From NCBI GenBank assembly GCA_002633005.1, contig NMRA01000146.1, positions 307,981 to 371,980 on the forward strand: 64,000 nt of DNA, in the 5' to 3' direction. Origin of the DNA: Phoronis australis. Taxonomy: Eukaryota; Animalia; Phoronida. The notes beneath the pieces are model-generated. The model made no database searches, was not told the origin of the DNA, and worked only from the letters and a program-made list of their open reading frames with translations. Positions 48,844 to 62,729 of this stretch are shown here, piece after piece; position 1 is the first letter of the stretch; the number at the start of each line of letters is the position of its first letter. The translations under genes and the position numbers were made by a program.

Positions 48844-49241
48844 CTGAAAATAAAGATACGCTGAATTTATTAAGAGGGCACTTTACAATGTTTCATTGAC
48901 GTTTATACACCTATAGCATTGGCGACGCAGCACTGAAAAAGGTGGGGGTCTATAGCCCCCTCAGCCCCCTATGGGGCGCCGCACTTATACACTGTATGGT
49001 GATGCTTGTCTTATGTGGTCTGAATGGCTTATATGATGTCCAAAATGTCATTTCAAACGTGACAAGGTAAACAAGAACGCAAGCTTAATGCTTAGAATGA
49101 TGTTTGAGACCATTTTTCTAGTAAAGCAAACAAAGCGTTTCTCTATATTCGAGGTATTTCAAGTCTTCATTCATAATTGGTTTTACCCCGTTGATACACG
49201 TATGTTATAACATGTCATACAATGTACTAGAATGGACTCAC

Positions 49242-49577
49242 CGGCTACGTAAATTGTAATAGATGATTTAGCGGAGAGGTTCTTTAGTATTTCATTGGAA
49301 GCCGTGCACGTAATGATGACACCGTTGCTCTCCTTCGTAATGTTTAGCTTCACCGTTGTCTCATACTCTCCTTTGTTCCGTTCAACAATTGAAGAATGCG
49401 GTAGAAGAGTCTTTTGGCCTGTCAGGGGATTGGACATTGACAAAGTCATATCCACGCGGTCACTGCAGTAATCAGTCCTACATGTTATCTCAACAGATGT
49501 GCCAAGCGTTGTGACGAGAGCTTGCTTGGGTGCTTTTCTACCTCCCATTTGGTTTAACGTAACCTCGCTTGGTCCTC
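49242..49577 (-). CDS. Ig-like exon (class B)
   Basis: cttacag| GPSEVTLNQMGG...VEITCRTDYC...ITCTASN...YVA G|gtgagt; 336 nt, phase 1-1. Confidence 0.88.
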
Positions 49578-52421
49578 CTGTAAGTGAGATAAAATCCGAT
49601 ACAAGAATGCAGCTGGTCGCACAGAGATAGTTTGATTAGCGGCACCGGCCATTGTTCCGTTGTTACCTGAATACCAAAGATAATGACAAGCATTTACAAG
49701 GCTCGCGCTAGAAACATTTTCCCGTGTGGATTGCATGACTACAGTTGTACGCTTTTATCAAGAATTGTTACAGGGATGAAAAGAAGATTACCTGAAACTT
49801 GCATAATGAATGATGTGCTAGCTTGTATATTTCCATCCTCGGAATTTTCAGCCCAGCACGTAAATTTCCCGTTGTTATAATCCGAGAGAGGATAAAACTC
49901 TGTGGTACCACTATATGTGTTCCCCACTGATGGTACAGGAGGCAGCTCTTCGCGCCACGCGTAAGCACCGGTAGTTAACTTGNAGCGTTGTGACGAGAGC
50001 TTGCTTGGGTGCCTTTCTACCTCCCATTTGGTTTAACGTAACCTCGCTTGGTCCTCCTGTAAGTGAGATCAAATCCGATACAAGAATGCAGCTGGTCGCA
50101 CAGAGATAGTTTGATTAGCGGCACCGGCCATTGCTCCGTTGTTACATGTAAACCAAAGATAATGACAAGCATTTACAAGGCTCGCGCTAACCGCTCGCCA
50201 GTTCGTCATTGGCGATTTCTGAGCGGAACTGACCATGGTACATTTAAGACCATTCGCTAACTTGACCGCTTTTTTGCTTGACAATAAGAATTCATTTCTG
50301 GAAACCTACTCGCGTGTCGGCTCAAGGTTCCCTCGAATAAAGTCGCGCCGCAAACGACATTTTTACTTCGATTCCCAGGTTTAAAATAGCGAACGAATGT
50401 CCCATGATCCGTGTTCGTCATTCCCCTGTGAATATCTCATTGGTCAGGTCTACTTCGACGGCGACCGAAAGAAAGCAATAAATTTTATATTCACTACTCT
50501 TCACGAGTTTTATTTCGCAAGCCACAAGTTATGCTAATGTTTTTGGACCTAAATGTCTTGCTCATCAAACTGCCTACGATGCCGGTGCATCTCTAATCAA
50601 ATTTTTAGGTCGAAATCAATGAAATGCGTAACCAGGAAATAGAGGTAACCACTATCCATTTTTTGGGTCAGCATCAATGAAATGCCCATGTGGCCGGAGT
50701 AACCCGGGGTTAGGGGGGACCTCTACCCATTTTGGTCAACATCGTGTCCATGTGGCAGGTATAAGCCCGCCGTAACCCGGGCATAAGGGGAAAGTGATTG
50801 GCTAATGATTTTTTGAAATTGGCTAAAGTTTTCAGAGGCTTTAGCCATTTTGGTTACTACCTTTAAACATCTAGCACGAGCCTAGACTTTATCGGAAGCC
50901 GTGTGATGTACACCCAAGGTATTATACCCATGCAACCTCTATCGTTGTATCCGGGAAAACGTAGGAAAACAATTAATGCGTCCAATAGGCGGGAACCATG
51001 CAATCAGCTTACATCTGCTGGAGCGTTCTCGCAATTTAAATTTAAAAATACTTTGCGACCTGCATAACACATCATCTGCCATGGGTGACAATACATATCA
51101 GCAGGAAATGCCTTCCTGATATAACGTATTTTCAATCACAACAGTATTTTATCAAGTGCTGCCACCTGGTTACTTATCTACATGAACTTCCCCGTGGTGT
51201 ACGTGCATCCCCAAAAATAACGATATACGAATCGGTGTGTTATTCATCAGGTGTCTGCGTATCTAGGACGGCAAGATGAGGCGATCACAAAGCGTACGTT
51301 TGCAATAGCTGAAAAACATCTATAACAAGCCCTTAAAACCTTTATCATCTTCTCATTGTGGCCCATTTACACGCATCATGCTGTTCCCTGTCGTACGACA
51401 CGCCCTCGTCTAAACTCAATGCGCCTTCGTCCGAAATAATAGTCGCCAAATTCGCTCAAGATTTCCACATACATCAACTTGTTCCAATTGTATTGAATAA
51501 TCAACAACATCTACGATTTTACGTGGAATGTCAAGTTTTACACAAGTGATGGTTTAAACAGGCGATCAGCGAGATTTTGTTGAAAAGGAAACCAAACGAT
51601 TCTAGTCCATATTCACTTCAAATAGAAATGATGGGTTAACTGCAAAATTTACACTCTAACAGCAATTCGGATGACTTCATGTTACCGTTGTTATCAAAGT
51701 GAATTCTGGGAAAGTTTTAACCTGTTGATCATCCTCTGACATCACTGAAAACTGCGGGTCACCTAATGTCATGCTTACCTTAAACGAGAGTTTAGCGAAT
51801 AAATATATTTGACCACGTTCTCCGACCATTCTAACAAAATTTTTTAAGGCACAAGAAATATACAAACGTATGCACCAAGGTTGGATCTTTTACGTGTAGA
51901 CCAACGGAAGTTACAATACGAAGTATAATGTCAAATATACATGCAAACTCGACGAATACACACACAAAACTTTCCGAGATATATCCAACATACATGTATG
52001 TTGCCGTGTTACTATATGACGTCATGTGTATACCAAGTACGTCACCCAAGTCGGGTAATCGACAAGACTAGGCTATCTGTGAGAGTGTTGAAGAACCAAT
52101 AACTTTTTATGTCGTAAGAAATTGATCAGAATTTTCAGTTTGTGAAATATGCAATTTAAAGCACTGAACAATTCAATAATGACAATGCTTTTGGGAATCT
52201 TAGGAACAATCGATTCGGCAATATAAACATTGTAACATTCCCTGAACAGTTGTGTAGCAGTGCGTCATTTTAGCTTCAATGGAATTCTAAGTATCTAGGT
52301 GTATTTTCGTGTCTTAGCTTCTGGACTGTAAATAGTAATAGAAACATTTTCCCGTGTGGATTGCATGACTACAGTTGTACGCTTTTATCAAGAATTGTTA
52401 CAGGGATGAAAAGAAGATTAC

Positions 52422-52757
52422 CTGAAACTTGCATAATGAATGATGTGCTAGCTTGTATATTTCCATCCTCGGAATTTTCAGCCCAGCACGTAAATTTCCC
52501 GTTGTTATAATCCGAGAGAGGATAAAACTCTGTGGTACCACTATATGTGTTCCCCACTGATGGTACAGGAGGCAGCTCTTCGCGCCACGCGTAAGCACCG
52601 GTAGTTAACTTGCAGGTTATGTTCGCACTCGGTTTAACTTCATCAGTGACGCAATGGATTGTGAAGTTGATTCCTTTCTGCACCACACAAATCGTGTCGT
52701 AGCCTGTAGAACAGTTGTATATTCCATCTAACTTACACTTCAGCAACCTAGGTCCAT
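52422..52757 (-). CDS. Ig-like exon (class C)
   Basis: attgcag| GPRLLK...IHCVTDEVKPSA...FTCWAEN...QVS G|gtaatc; 336 nt, phase 1-1. Confidence 0.88.
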
Positions 52758-53289
52758 CTGCAATATTAGTTTTATTTAGGCGAATGTCAAATCCTTTACG
52801 TAATACAAACTATTATGTTGCCAATTCGTCTCTTTTGGAACATTTAAACCTAGCTACACACTATGAGGACTTCAAAATCACCACTTGCTCTCTGTATTAC
52901 AATTACTTTCCTGCATAACGATTTTGAGACGTATGGCTGAGGGATTCTCAGAGAAATTTTCTTAATAGTTGTAGTTTGATCCCTCAGTTTTCTCATCAGG
53001 TTGTTAGAGTGTAGATTTAGATTAGGGTACCACGAGGTCTCTCAAAGCCAGTTGGGTGTCATTCATGCTTTTCTGAAGGAGGTTAAAAATGGGGTATATT
53101 TGGGTAAATGGAGACCGATCTCCTTGATAAATACTTCTAACAAAGGTATTACTGTGTATTTCCCGAGCTTATGATAGATTCGTCGACTAGCAAGATTCAA
53201 ACAGGTGTACTAAAGTCACAGTTCATACTTGCAAGACAAAAACTATTCATATTTTTATGCGTTACAATGACAGGTATAATGTTCCATGG

Positions 53290-53446
53290 GCTTGTTTCAT
53301 GAAAAAGTGACTTCAGTCTTAAACCAGAAATTTGATCTTACACTCTACACAACAACTCATGAAAATTGCAAAATTATTGGCACCACGTGTCTGATAGTTT
53401 GTCCAACACCACTCTTAACAATTCAAACATCAAAACCTAGGTCCAT
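53290..53446 (-). pseudogene. Decayed class-C Ig pseudo-exon
   Basis: tgcag|ATGGACCTAGG and the adjacent intron match the 52757 exon acceptor region, but TGA follows after DGPRF. Distal boundary approximate. Confidence 0.55.
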
Positions 53447-54039
53447 CTGCAGCATCAGTGTCATTAGGAGAAATGTTGAATCCTTCTTGTAATACCAGGC
53501 GCATAGTTAGCCATGTTTGGTTTGACCACACAAATCATATCACATTATTTGAAGTTGACGAAGTTAGGCGTTTATGTGTGGTTGCCGTGGTTCACCAAAA
53601 TGAGTGACATTGGTTGTATACCAAATGTGTCAAGTATTGCTTACACCTGAGTTCTGAGGCTTAAGGTGGAACTTGCACGATAATTCCATATCTCTTGTTT
53701 GGTCACATTTGTTAGAAGCACAGAGTATCGAGACGATGTGACTATGGGGTACGTTGAAATTTGCCAGATATATTTAAGAACGAGTTTCGTGTAGAAAATG
53801 ATCTGCCGTAAATTGTGCAACAATGTCCAGTAAATATTATTACGCAGTGTTTTGGAATAACACTGCATGACGCGGACTATGTGAACCCAAAGTACTACAT
53901 TTGTGCAAAGGTGCAGAATTTTTCGTTTTAAGATCTACAGGTACAACTGCAGTATGTTTAGCGTAGATGTACATATAGCTATGTGGTTTGGTTCGTGCTA
54001 AACGTTACCATGGTTAGGGGCATGCAAGTACTTTTACGA

Positions 54040-54290
54040 TACCTATAGTGATATGCGAAGAATGTTTCCTACAGTGGAAACAGAAGTACGCTCCCAAAAG
54101 TGACACCTGAAGTAAGCTCGCTAACGTGATATCTAAAGTACGTTCTCTAGAGACACATCTGAAGTTTATTCCCTGCAGTGATATCCGAAGTTTCTTCTCT
54201 ACAGTGATACCTGAAGAGTGCCCCCTGCAGAGAAATGTTAAGTGCGCTCTCTTCATTGTTACCTGAAGTACTCAATGATATCTGAACTAT
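54040..54290. repeat. ~28-bp minisatellite beside a class-A exon
   Basis: Repeats of CAGTGA(T/C)A(T/C)CTGAAGT. Confidence 0.8.
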
Positions 54291-54408
54291 GCCTTCGACT
54301 TTGGAATACATTGCCTTTGCTTTTCTCGTGGGATCAGTGTTAAAATCTCAACATGTGTAATAACTGTCACCACTGCACAAAAGTATAGTTTCATGAAAAC
54401 GTACTCAC

Positions 54409-54729
54409 AGAATACGGCTGCGGTAAGTTGTCTAGTAACAGTCTGTTGAGTCAAATTATTTACAGCAGTGCAGCTAAGGTTCGTTCCATCTATGCTCCGG
54501 TCTACTGATAAGACTGAAGAGTAGCTTGTAGAGCCGTTGATTGTGTAGGAAGTTGAGCGGTAGGCAGTAGTCAAATTGGACGACAACCAAGTCAAAGAAG
54601 CAGCAGGATACACGTGGTCGGTAATGCAACTGATGTTACTGTTCTCAGCAATCGACATTTTGTCCGTCCTATCGTTAATGTACGTGAGACTTGGGCTAAA
54701 AATTGCAAATGTCAATCTTGTAGGTCCAC
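54409..54729 (-). CDS. Ig-like exon (class A)
   Basis: ttttcag| GPTRLTF...NISCITDHVYPAASLTW...LSCTAVN...AVF T|gtgagt; 321 nt, phase 1-1. Confidence 0.9.
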
Positions 54730-56514
54730 CTGAAAATAAGGGGAAATGTTGCTTGCATCACCCTTATCTAAGAGGCTGCAATTTGTAATGAGACAAAATC
54801 AGAAATATACACACTTGACTTCGGAAGTGAAACAAGGCATGTTTTAATAGAAATTTGGTTTTTGCTCTGATAAAACTGCTATGTTAACGTTTTACAGGTT
54901 ATTGGGATTGGCCAGTATTAAAGCATTGCCTACAATTAGCCAATCGTAAGGCATTGCCTACGATTAGACAATCATAAAGCACGTGATCGCACGCCTTAGA
55001 ATGAACATTCATTACTTCCAAAATTACAGTGGCGGGATTAGGGTCCCGATTTTTTGAGAACGTACACTTTTTAACACAAAACAAACGTAGGAACAAAAAA
55101 GCATTGCACCGGTGGTCTCAACGGGGTCTGAGACCCCCACGTCTAACCACGCGCACGCACACAGAACTGTTAAATCCCGATCCTGTACTGCCGCATGTTA
55201 ATTACCGGGGTTAGTTAATAAACTCAATATTTCCTCACGCTCTTGCTGTATTATTTTTTGCGACAGCCAAAGGGCCCCTCCCCCCCGCCAATCCGCCTAC
55301 ACCGTCTTGATAAACAAACTCGTTGGTTTGTAATTTACATGTTTACGTATCTACGAAAACTGATAGATTCAAAGATGATTTTTTACAACTAGAACCTACT
55401 CTTGGACAATTTAATAATGTTTCAGAGAATTTAGTTGCAGCCTGAAGTTGGAAAGAATCTATAATTCGATCCCCAAATAGTAAAGTATGCGTAGACGGTT
55501 TTTACCTGTCTAAAATACCTCTCAAAGACATTGGTGAAATTTGGACAGCTCTCATTTACACACAATTCAAATGGCAAAAAGTTGCATTGGTTTTTGACTT
55601 GGGTACACGATTTGTCGTATAAACTTACAAAAAGGAGATCAAAAAGAGACTGTGCCATTAAATCAAGGTAACTGCATTGGTCAGGGAATCGATTGTTGAA
55701 TTCTGATTTACATATACAATGTATTTACGACAATCGATTGATCGATAGATGTTTTTGACCATTAGAAGCTAATGTTTTAAGAAATGACGATGTTTAAGAG
55801 AATTTAGTTGCAGGTTGACATTGGGAAAATTCGATCTATCACCAGATCCCGAAAGACCAAAATACACGAAACTATTTTCGTCTAGTATATGAAATAAGTC
55901 TCAAGGTTATTGGTGAATGTCGGAGAGCTCTATAAAGTGTCTAAAAATGTTCTCACAACTCAGATGACAATACATGTTTATTGACTTAGGAACTAGATTA
56001 GTGGTTTAAATTCACAAACCGTAGATTGAAAAAGAATTTTAACTCCTAAATAAACAAAATTAAAGTAACTCGTTGCTCATTAACTTGGAAAGGTTGCTGT
56101 CTTTAAACTTCCTCGATGTTATTGTTTTGAGCAGTGTTGCGCACTGATTTTTTGTTCTTCAAAACTGAATCGGTGGCGTGCCATTCCCGTGCTTACTGAA
56201 CAGATGAAGCACATCATGACTGACGCTTCCACGTTAGAAATAAAATGTTAACAGTGATCCGCTTGAACTGTATTTTAACTCAAAGCGTTCAGTGTCTACA
56301 TGTATATGTACATTTTGGGACTCACGCTGTATCATTCTCCCCAGCCACCAGAAACTGGAATACCGCACTTGTTTCAACAAGGGGTTTTGAAACAGTCCCA
56401 AAGGCACTAAAACAGGGACATGGGGACGTCACCTTTTCAAAGTAATCATTCAAAGAATGACCATAAAAAATGAAGTTTTACCGAGACTGGATCACAATAA
56501 ACAGAATATTGAAC

Positions 56515-56890
56515 TTAGAGCCTGCCCCGACGGACAGCTAAGAGCCAATTTGTCTGCCTCTTGTGAATCATAGCTGAGATAACCAGCGACTAGCTATAGT
56601 TCATCAAATTTCACATTTTCACTGTTAGTAGAGTTCAGCTACACTTACTTGAAGCTGCTGTAAACTACCGTCAGTGCCCTGGCTCTAGGCCCATACTTAC
56701 TCTCCGTGAAACTTTGTTGGTTCACGGTTAGTCAGCTCCTGATGGCTGCATCCCCGGGAGACTCGGTACAAATATCTCACGGCATGATAAGCACAGGGTC
56801 GGGGCTTGGGGGCTGGTGTGGTGTCGATAAAGGGGGGGGTAGTTTGGAGAAGTCGAACTGGTTTGTGCCCCCCAATACGTTTTGTCTTAC
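56515..56890 (+). repeat. Dispersed repeat, related copy at about 2197-2545
   Basis: Same conserved blocks in the same order as 2197-2545. Confidence 0.65.
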
Positions 56891-57379
56891 TTTGGGCCTG
56901 TATTATGTGAATAAAATCACAATTGGATTACACCTATAAAACGGGGTAATACCATCTTCTCTTATCAACAGACATATGTTTAAAGACAAACGTAAATCTC
57001 GTTACAATGTAAACATTCATCACGCATTATGCAAAACACACTGTGGGAAGAAAGCCGTACGCCGTGTTTTCATAGCGCTGGGCCGTGGTTGTGATCGAGT
57101 CCGTGAGCTTATTTCCATGTACATGTGAGCCAATCGCCTTCTGAGTGTGTAAGCCGTGCTGTTTGAATCGACTACATACGACTACACGCGCATGTGCAGG
57201 CGCATGGGCATGATAATTTATGCTGGTGCTGCATATGATGCGATGAATATGATCAAAGTGGTTTAACTTGAACTCAATAAATGAAGACTTTCAGTTGGAA
57301 CATGCAAAAACGGACGTAATGAAATGGTCGTATATGTCGCACTTGTTCAATATCTAACTTGCCTCAGTTTCTACTATGC

Positions 57380-57394
57380 ATATATATATATACA

Positions 57395-57432
<38 letters not shown>
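57380..57432. repeat. (TA)n microsatellite
   Basis: Direct TA run with a short interruption. Confidence 0.95.
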
Positions 57433-57434
<2 letters not shown>

Positions 57435-58164
57435 ATAGGTGTGGAATGGTTGTTTCTCGGAATAATGTAGGGTCGTATCAACAACTCTGTGCATCGAGTA
57501 ACATATCTACAAAAATATTGATTTGAACTCAGAAAAACAGACGGGTACTGTACATTTATGGCAAAAAACGGCTTCAACAGCATAGACAAAGGAGGCTTGA
57601 TATAATATTAAGAAAAGATATTGCGGTTTTCAAAATGATCATCATCTGTTCTTTGTTTGTGCAGCTTATTTTTTCATAAAAATCTTAGGAATCGTAATCT
57701 AATAGCTTCTCATGCAAAAGCGGGAGTATTTAAACAGCTTCTAACCTCGTTTTAAAGAACAGTTTAGCATGTGTAAGTTTTATGAGCATCCAAATAACGA
57801 TTTCTGAGACATAATGTTCACAATTTGGACATTGTTATAGGGTTCTGTATATAACTTATTTTGAGTTATGACCCAATATGCCCTGTATTAAATTCGAATT
57901 GTCCTAGTCATCCCTGATCTTAGCGGCTTTAGACGGTGTAAACTACCAGGGCCTCCAAGAACCAGCCCTCTTTTTTCTGTGTACAGTTTTGTAAAGAATA
58001 AACATTTCTCCCTCATTTGATCTCTGTTCTCCCTGCAACACCCTATCATCATTACACCCTGTCCACATATACTATGGAAATTTTCGCTTCTGAAATTTGT
58101 ATGTTCTGCAAGACTTGTCTCAGTTGGGGCAGAAGTTTGAAATTTGTTCCAGGGTTATACTCAC

Positions 58165-58500
58165 TTATTACTTGAATTGTAACTGAAGAGTTAGCGGACA
58201 GGTATTCTGTTCGCTTGTTGGAAGCCGTGCATATGATCTTGACATCGTGGTAGTCGTCTGTAATGTTGAGCGTCACCTTAGCGGTAAAGATTCCGCTGCT
58301 TCTTTCTTTCACTGCCGACTGTGCTAAGAGAAACCTTTGACCGAATATAGGATTGTACTTGGAAAAAGTCATATTCACGCCTTCCTTACAGTAGTCAGTA
58401 GTACATATTATCTCAACAGACTCGCCGACCTTTACGACGATAGACTTGCCAGGTCCCCAACGGCCTCCTGTCTGGTTGACTGTAGTCATGGTGGGCCCCA
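58165..58500 (-). CDS. Ig-like exon (class B)
   Basis: ctaacag| GPTMTTVNQTGGRWGP...VEIICTTDYC...IICTASN...QVI A|gtgagt; 336 nt, phase 1-1. Confidence 0.88.
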
Positions 58501-59199
58501 CTGTTAGTTTAGATATAATAGGATCAAGCTGTTTCTTCAGAAAATAATGCCACGCGTGTAACGTAGGGAATGATAAGCAGTTTCACCTAGGCCAAGGATC
58601 TGTCTACAACTTCTTATTTACCAAATGAAGAACAAACGTCACTTAAACACAGAAACAGAATCACGAGTGCTTCACTGTCTACTTATCTGAGTCAGGATAT
58701 CACGGAGTGACGATTACAACTACTCAAAGCGGAAAGGTTTAAAATGAACTCAAAGATATGATGAAATGTTATTCTTGTATCGTTTTGGAGCATATTTCAT
58801 CAAGGCACAGAGTCCCATGACAATCCGCCTATAATCCCTCATGACTAAATCCCAAAAATACGCATCACTGTTTCGCATAAGACGTTACAGATTACATGTA
58901 CATTGGCTGTTTTCATTTTGGCAGTGTTATTACTAGTTAAATTGATAGTGTTAGATTGAGTTTTCGTACATATACATATCGGTTTGCTTAAAAACAGGAA
59001 TCAAGCTTCACTTACATGTACATGTATACTCTGCTTTAAAATTATCTAATCATTTGGATTTGTTTGTAGGAGAAAGCAACTGAGTTTGGTGTCACTTCAA
59101 TTTGAAAAAAATTCTGGCCAATGAGAAATTATTTTGCTCAACGCCATGTTGGCTTTTTTGTCCTTTGAAATAGGGCCGTCCCGGATTACACGGTAACAC

Positions 59200-61700
59200 A
59201 AGAATGTCACTTTATTTACAAACAGTGCCGTAAGTATGTACATGTAAGTAAGTAAGTAAGTAAAACAAAAAAGAAAAGACCAGTGTACGCGCATTGCAAG
59301 AGGACCAGAAAGAGAAGGCCGAGATAAATATGATAATAAATAAATATAATTTTTCCTTACTTCAAAAATATTTTTGATGAAAATCGAAGTTTTTTCTTGT
59401 AACATCTTTTTGCATTATTGTAATTAATTTACTTTCACAGCTTTCTGCACGGAATCGTGGATATTTAATCTCAACTTGACAGTAAAAGGTGTTTCTGGCA
59501 TCTAAGACAAACGGACACTCAAACAGAAAATTTTGTTCAGTTTCGGCCTGACCAGTGTGACAAAGACAGCAAATTCTGTCATCAAATTCTAAAGATCGAA
59601 AACGCCCAACATCAACCAATAGATGTAAGGTTCCGGTCCTAATTTGAGCAAGAATTGACCTACTAGGCCGAGTTAAGTCTAAAAGCACGTAAGGCTCAAC
59701 TTCAAATACATTCTTCATCAAAACATATTAGGTTCTTAACTTTGGTTTCGAACGGCTTTCAAACAACCACCTATTACAGGCCAAATCATGCAAAATAGTC
59801 TTACAGTGAGACAGATTAACTCAACGTAATGTATAAAAATATTCCAAAATCCCTAATTCTTCAAAATGCTCAAAACGTCAGAAGACCAATTATTAGTACA
59901 AGTAGTGTAGTCCCACCAAAATATTCGGTGTGTTAGTCTATCATCCTTGAGATTAACAATACGATTCCACATTCTCAAAAGCTCAATTTTCCGCCTAACA
60001 CTGGGGAATTCCCACCCAATGTCACCCATAACACCATGATTTGGAGCGAATTTGTGAACGCCCAAGAAAAATCGCACGGCTCTATTCTGAATGACATCAT
60101 AATCCTGTAGACCAGAGCCGCCCCAGACACATACACAATAGTCTCTAACAGGCACAATACAAACATTGAATGATGTAGTGAACGTTCTGTACCTCGTATT
60201 TTTATTCTTTTTAAATTTATTAATTAAAGCGCCCAAAGCTCTTCGGATAGAGTTTTAGCAGTTTCAGAAAACTTCAAATCGTGATTTAAATTATTCCTAA
60301 ATATTTTTATTCGGGTACATATTCTAGGTCTAGTCGACCCAACCGAAATGGATATAAACTACGAGAGACATGCTTGGATATGAAGTGAATAATATTAGTT
60401 TTTTCCTGATTGACAATCAGCCTCCATTTAGAGCACCATTTATCAACCATATTCAATAAATCCTGTAAATTTTCTTCGCTCTCAGCAAGTACCACTATAT
60501 CATCAGCATAAAACAAAGATGAAACATTATCAGCACCGATAGGAATTCCTAAATTTGACTGTTTTAATTCCTTTGCCAAATCATTTATAAATAGTGCAAA
60601 AAGAGTAGGTGATAAAACATCTCCTTGTTTGACCCCACAACATGTAAGAAACCGTCCGTAAAGGTATTATTAATCTTAACACAGGATTGAGTTATGGCAT
60701 AAATATTTTTAACTGATTCATAAAAACTTTCCAACAATCATAACATCAACATTTTAAAAAGTAAACTATTTCTATATACACAGTCAAAAGCTTTTTGCAT
60801 ATCAATAAACATAAGTCGGAAACACTTGCTGCCTCGGTTTTGTGCTGGCCATTGGAGTTTCACAACTTCATTGTTGTCGACGTCTGATTTTTACGTCTGA
60901 TTCTTTACAAGTTTTTCTCTGTTGCAATCCAATAATCGTCCATCTAACGGTAATAAAATATTACTGCTGTGCTGAAAGCAAGAACTCTGACATGACGAAG
61001 TTTGATAAACTGGACAAATTCCCTTGGATGCGTGATGTGGAATTCTTCGCCTTCCCGACGAAAATGAGAGACTCGAAAACTTACTTGATTTCTAAAACGA
61101 GGCTTCTTATCTCCGGGACAGAGGAGAGTCTGTAATCCGTGACGACCCTATTACATGTCCGTGCACGTATACACAAATACAAAAGACGCCTTACAAAAGT
61201 TATGAGTTCTGCATTCGCAAGAATATCACGAGGGTATCAAGGATTGTAACGTGCTTTGCAGGTAATACATAGCATGGTCTTGCGTTTCCGAAATGTCCTC
61301 GAACCTTTAGAGTTCCTTGAAAGAAAAAGTGTGTCTGACTCGTACCAGGCGTAAAAGGTTAATAAACTTTATGATTTTCGTCCAAAATTAAGTCATAAAA
61401 ATAGCCAGTTCCGGAGTTTAAGTCACCCATCATGATGAAAAAGCATTGTTGGTGTTTATCCTCTAGTTTAGACAGTTTCTTATGAAGAAGTGTAACAATG
61501 CTTCTTTCTGACGTAGTTTCATAAGACACAGGCACTGTAGGTAGCATATGCATGTGGAGGAAGCGCATAATAATGTCTTCTCGACATGTAACAACTTTTG
61601 TCGAATTTAAAATCAACACCACTCGAGAACTGAATATTTATGTGCTTGAAGAAAGGTGATATCGAATGCTTTATAAAGAAATTGACGCCACCGACTACCT
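59200..61700 (-). mobile_element. Degenerate non-LTR retrotransposon (LINE)
   Basis: Endonuclease relic (IMMGDLNS), RT motifs (GVKQGDVLSPTLF, LFYADD), IQNRAVRFFLGV, C-terminal CCLC...HFLFEC-like knuckle and (TTAC)n near the 3' end. Many frameshifts. Confidence 0.85.
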
Positions 61701-62729
61701 GCCATACTTTCTGGCTTTCTTATTACAATTTTGTAGTTTCAGTGTTATGAGTATTCTATTAATATCAAGGTCACGTGCTCATTCACTTGACCTTGCACTG
61801 CGCTAAAAATACTGGTTGGAATTGTTTTGTAATCGTCTTTTTCTTGCACGCCAAGTTTTGTTGAAGTTATGATTCTGTGTCACAATAGGGCACCTATTTT
61901 TCTAAATTTTATGCATAAATTGTGCTTTCGGTATATGTTTTGTGATTATATGTACTTAGTAATGCTTTCTACTTCAGGGTGTATCAAAGCTGCAACAAAT
62001 TATGGAAAATGTTACTTGATTTACAGAAATATGTTACACTAGGATTATGAGATATGAAGCTCACTCAAACCATCTGCCACATATCTTCGTATATTTTTAT
62101 AGTCATGCTTGTCAAATTCTAGTTTTAGGAGCTGAAATGGTTTAATGGTAACAATTATGCATGTCCAGTTTACTACTTAACGTGATTTTGGATAACCCTG
62201 CTTAATGTGGATTCAGGTAAGTGGCGTCGCACAGTTCTTGGCATGCCTGATTTTTCTCAGAAAAGCCACAGTATTTAGGTGGTAATGGGTGACAAAGTAT
62301 AAGCATATCCACACTTTGCTGTAATTTTTCATGGAAGAAAATTAGAGGAATGTTTTGAATACAAATATTAGAAGCTCGCAGGAATGATTGAGAATTAAAC
62401 ACACATTCTTCTGCATTTTTGCCCAAAACCAGTTTTGGTATACGACAAAAAATTTATACCTAATATATCGACGTCCTTCACCTGGGGCAGAGTATTATGA
62501 TATCGCCCATGTCATATCTAAGTAAATTTTGTCCTTACCCTAGATTACCATTAAATCCGCCCTAATGGTCTAATATTCCCAGAAGCCTCACCCTACTTCT
62601 CGCGCCCAGGGGCTGCTGCACCACCTCCGCTAAGCCTACGAGGCACTTGTCAAATGTCGGGATACTCGAACAAATTTCGCAGTGATTGGCACTCCAAGGG
62701 TATCAAGAGGAGTACGACATACGCAACCT

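Noticed and set aside
49792-50056. Additional C and B Ig exons
   Set aside because: Partial, near-identical to 52422-52612 and 49505-49577, and cut at an N; most likely haplotype or assembly duplicates.
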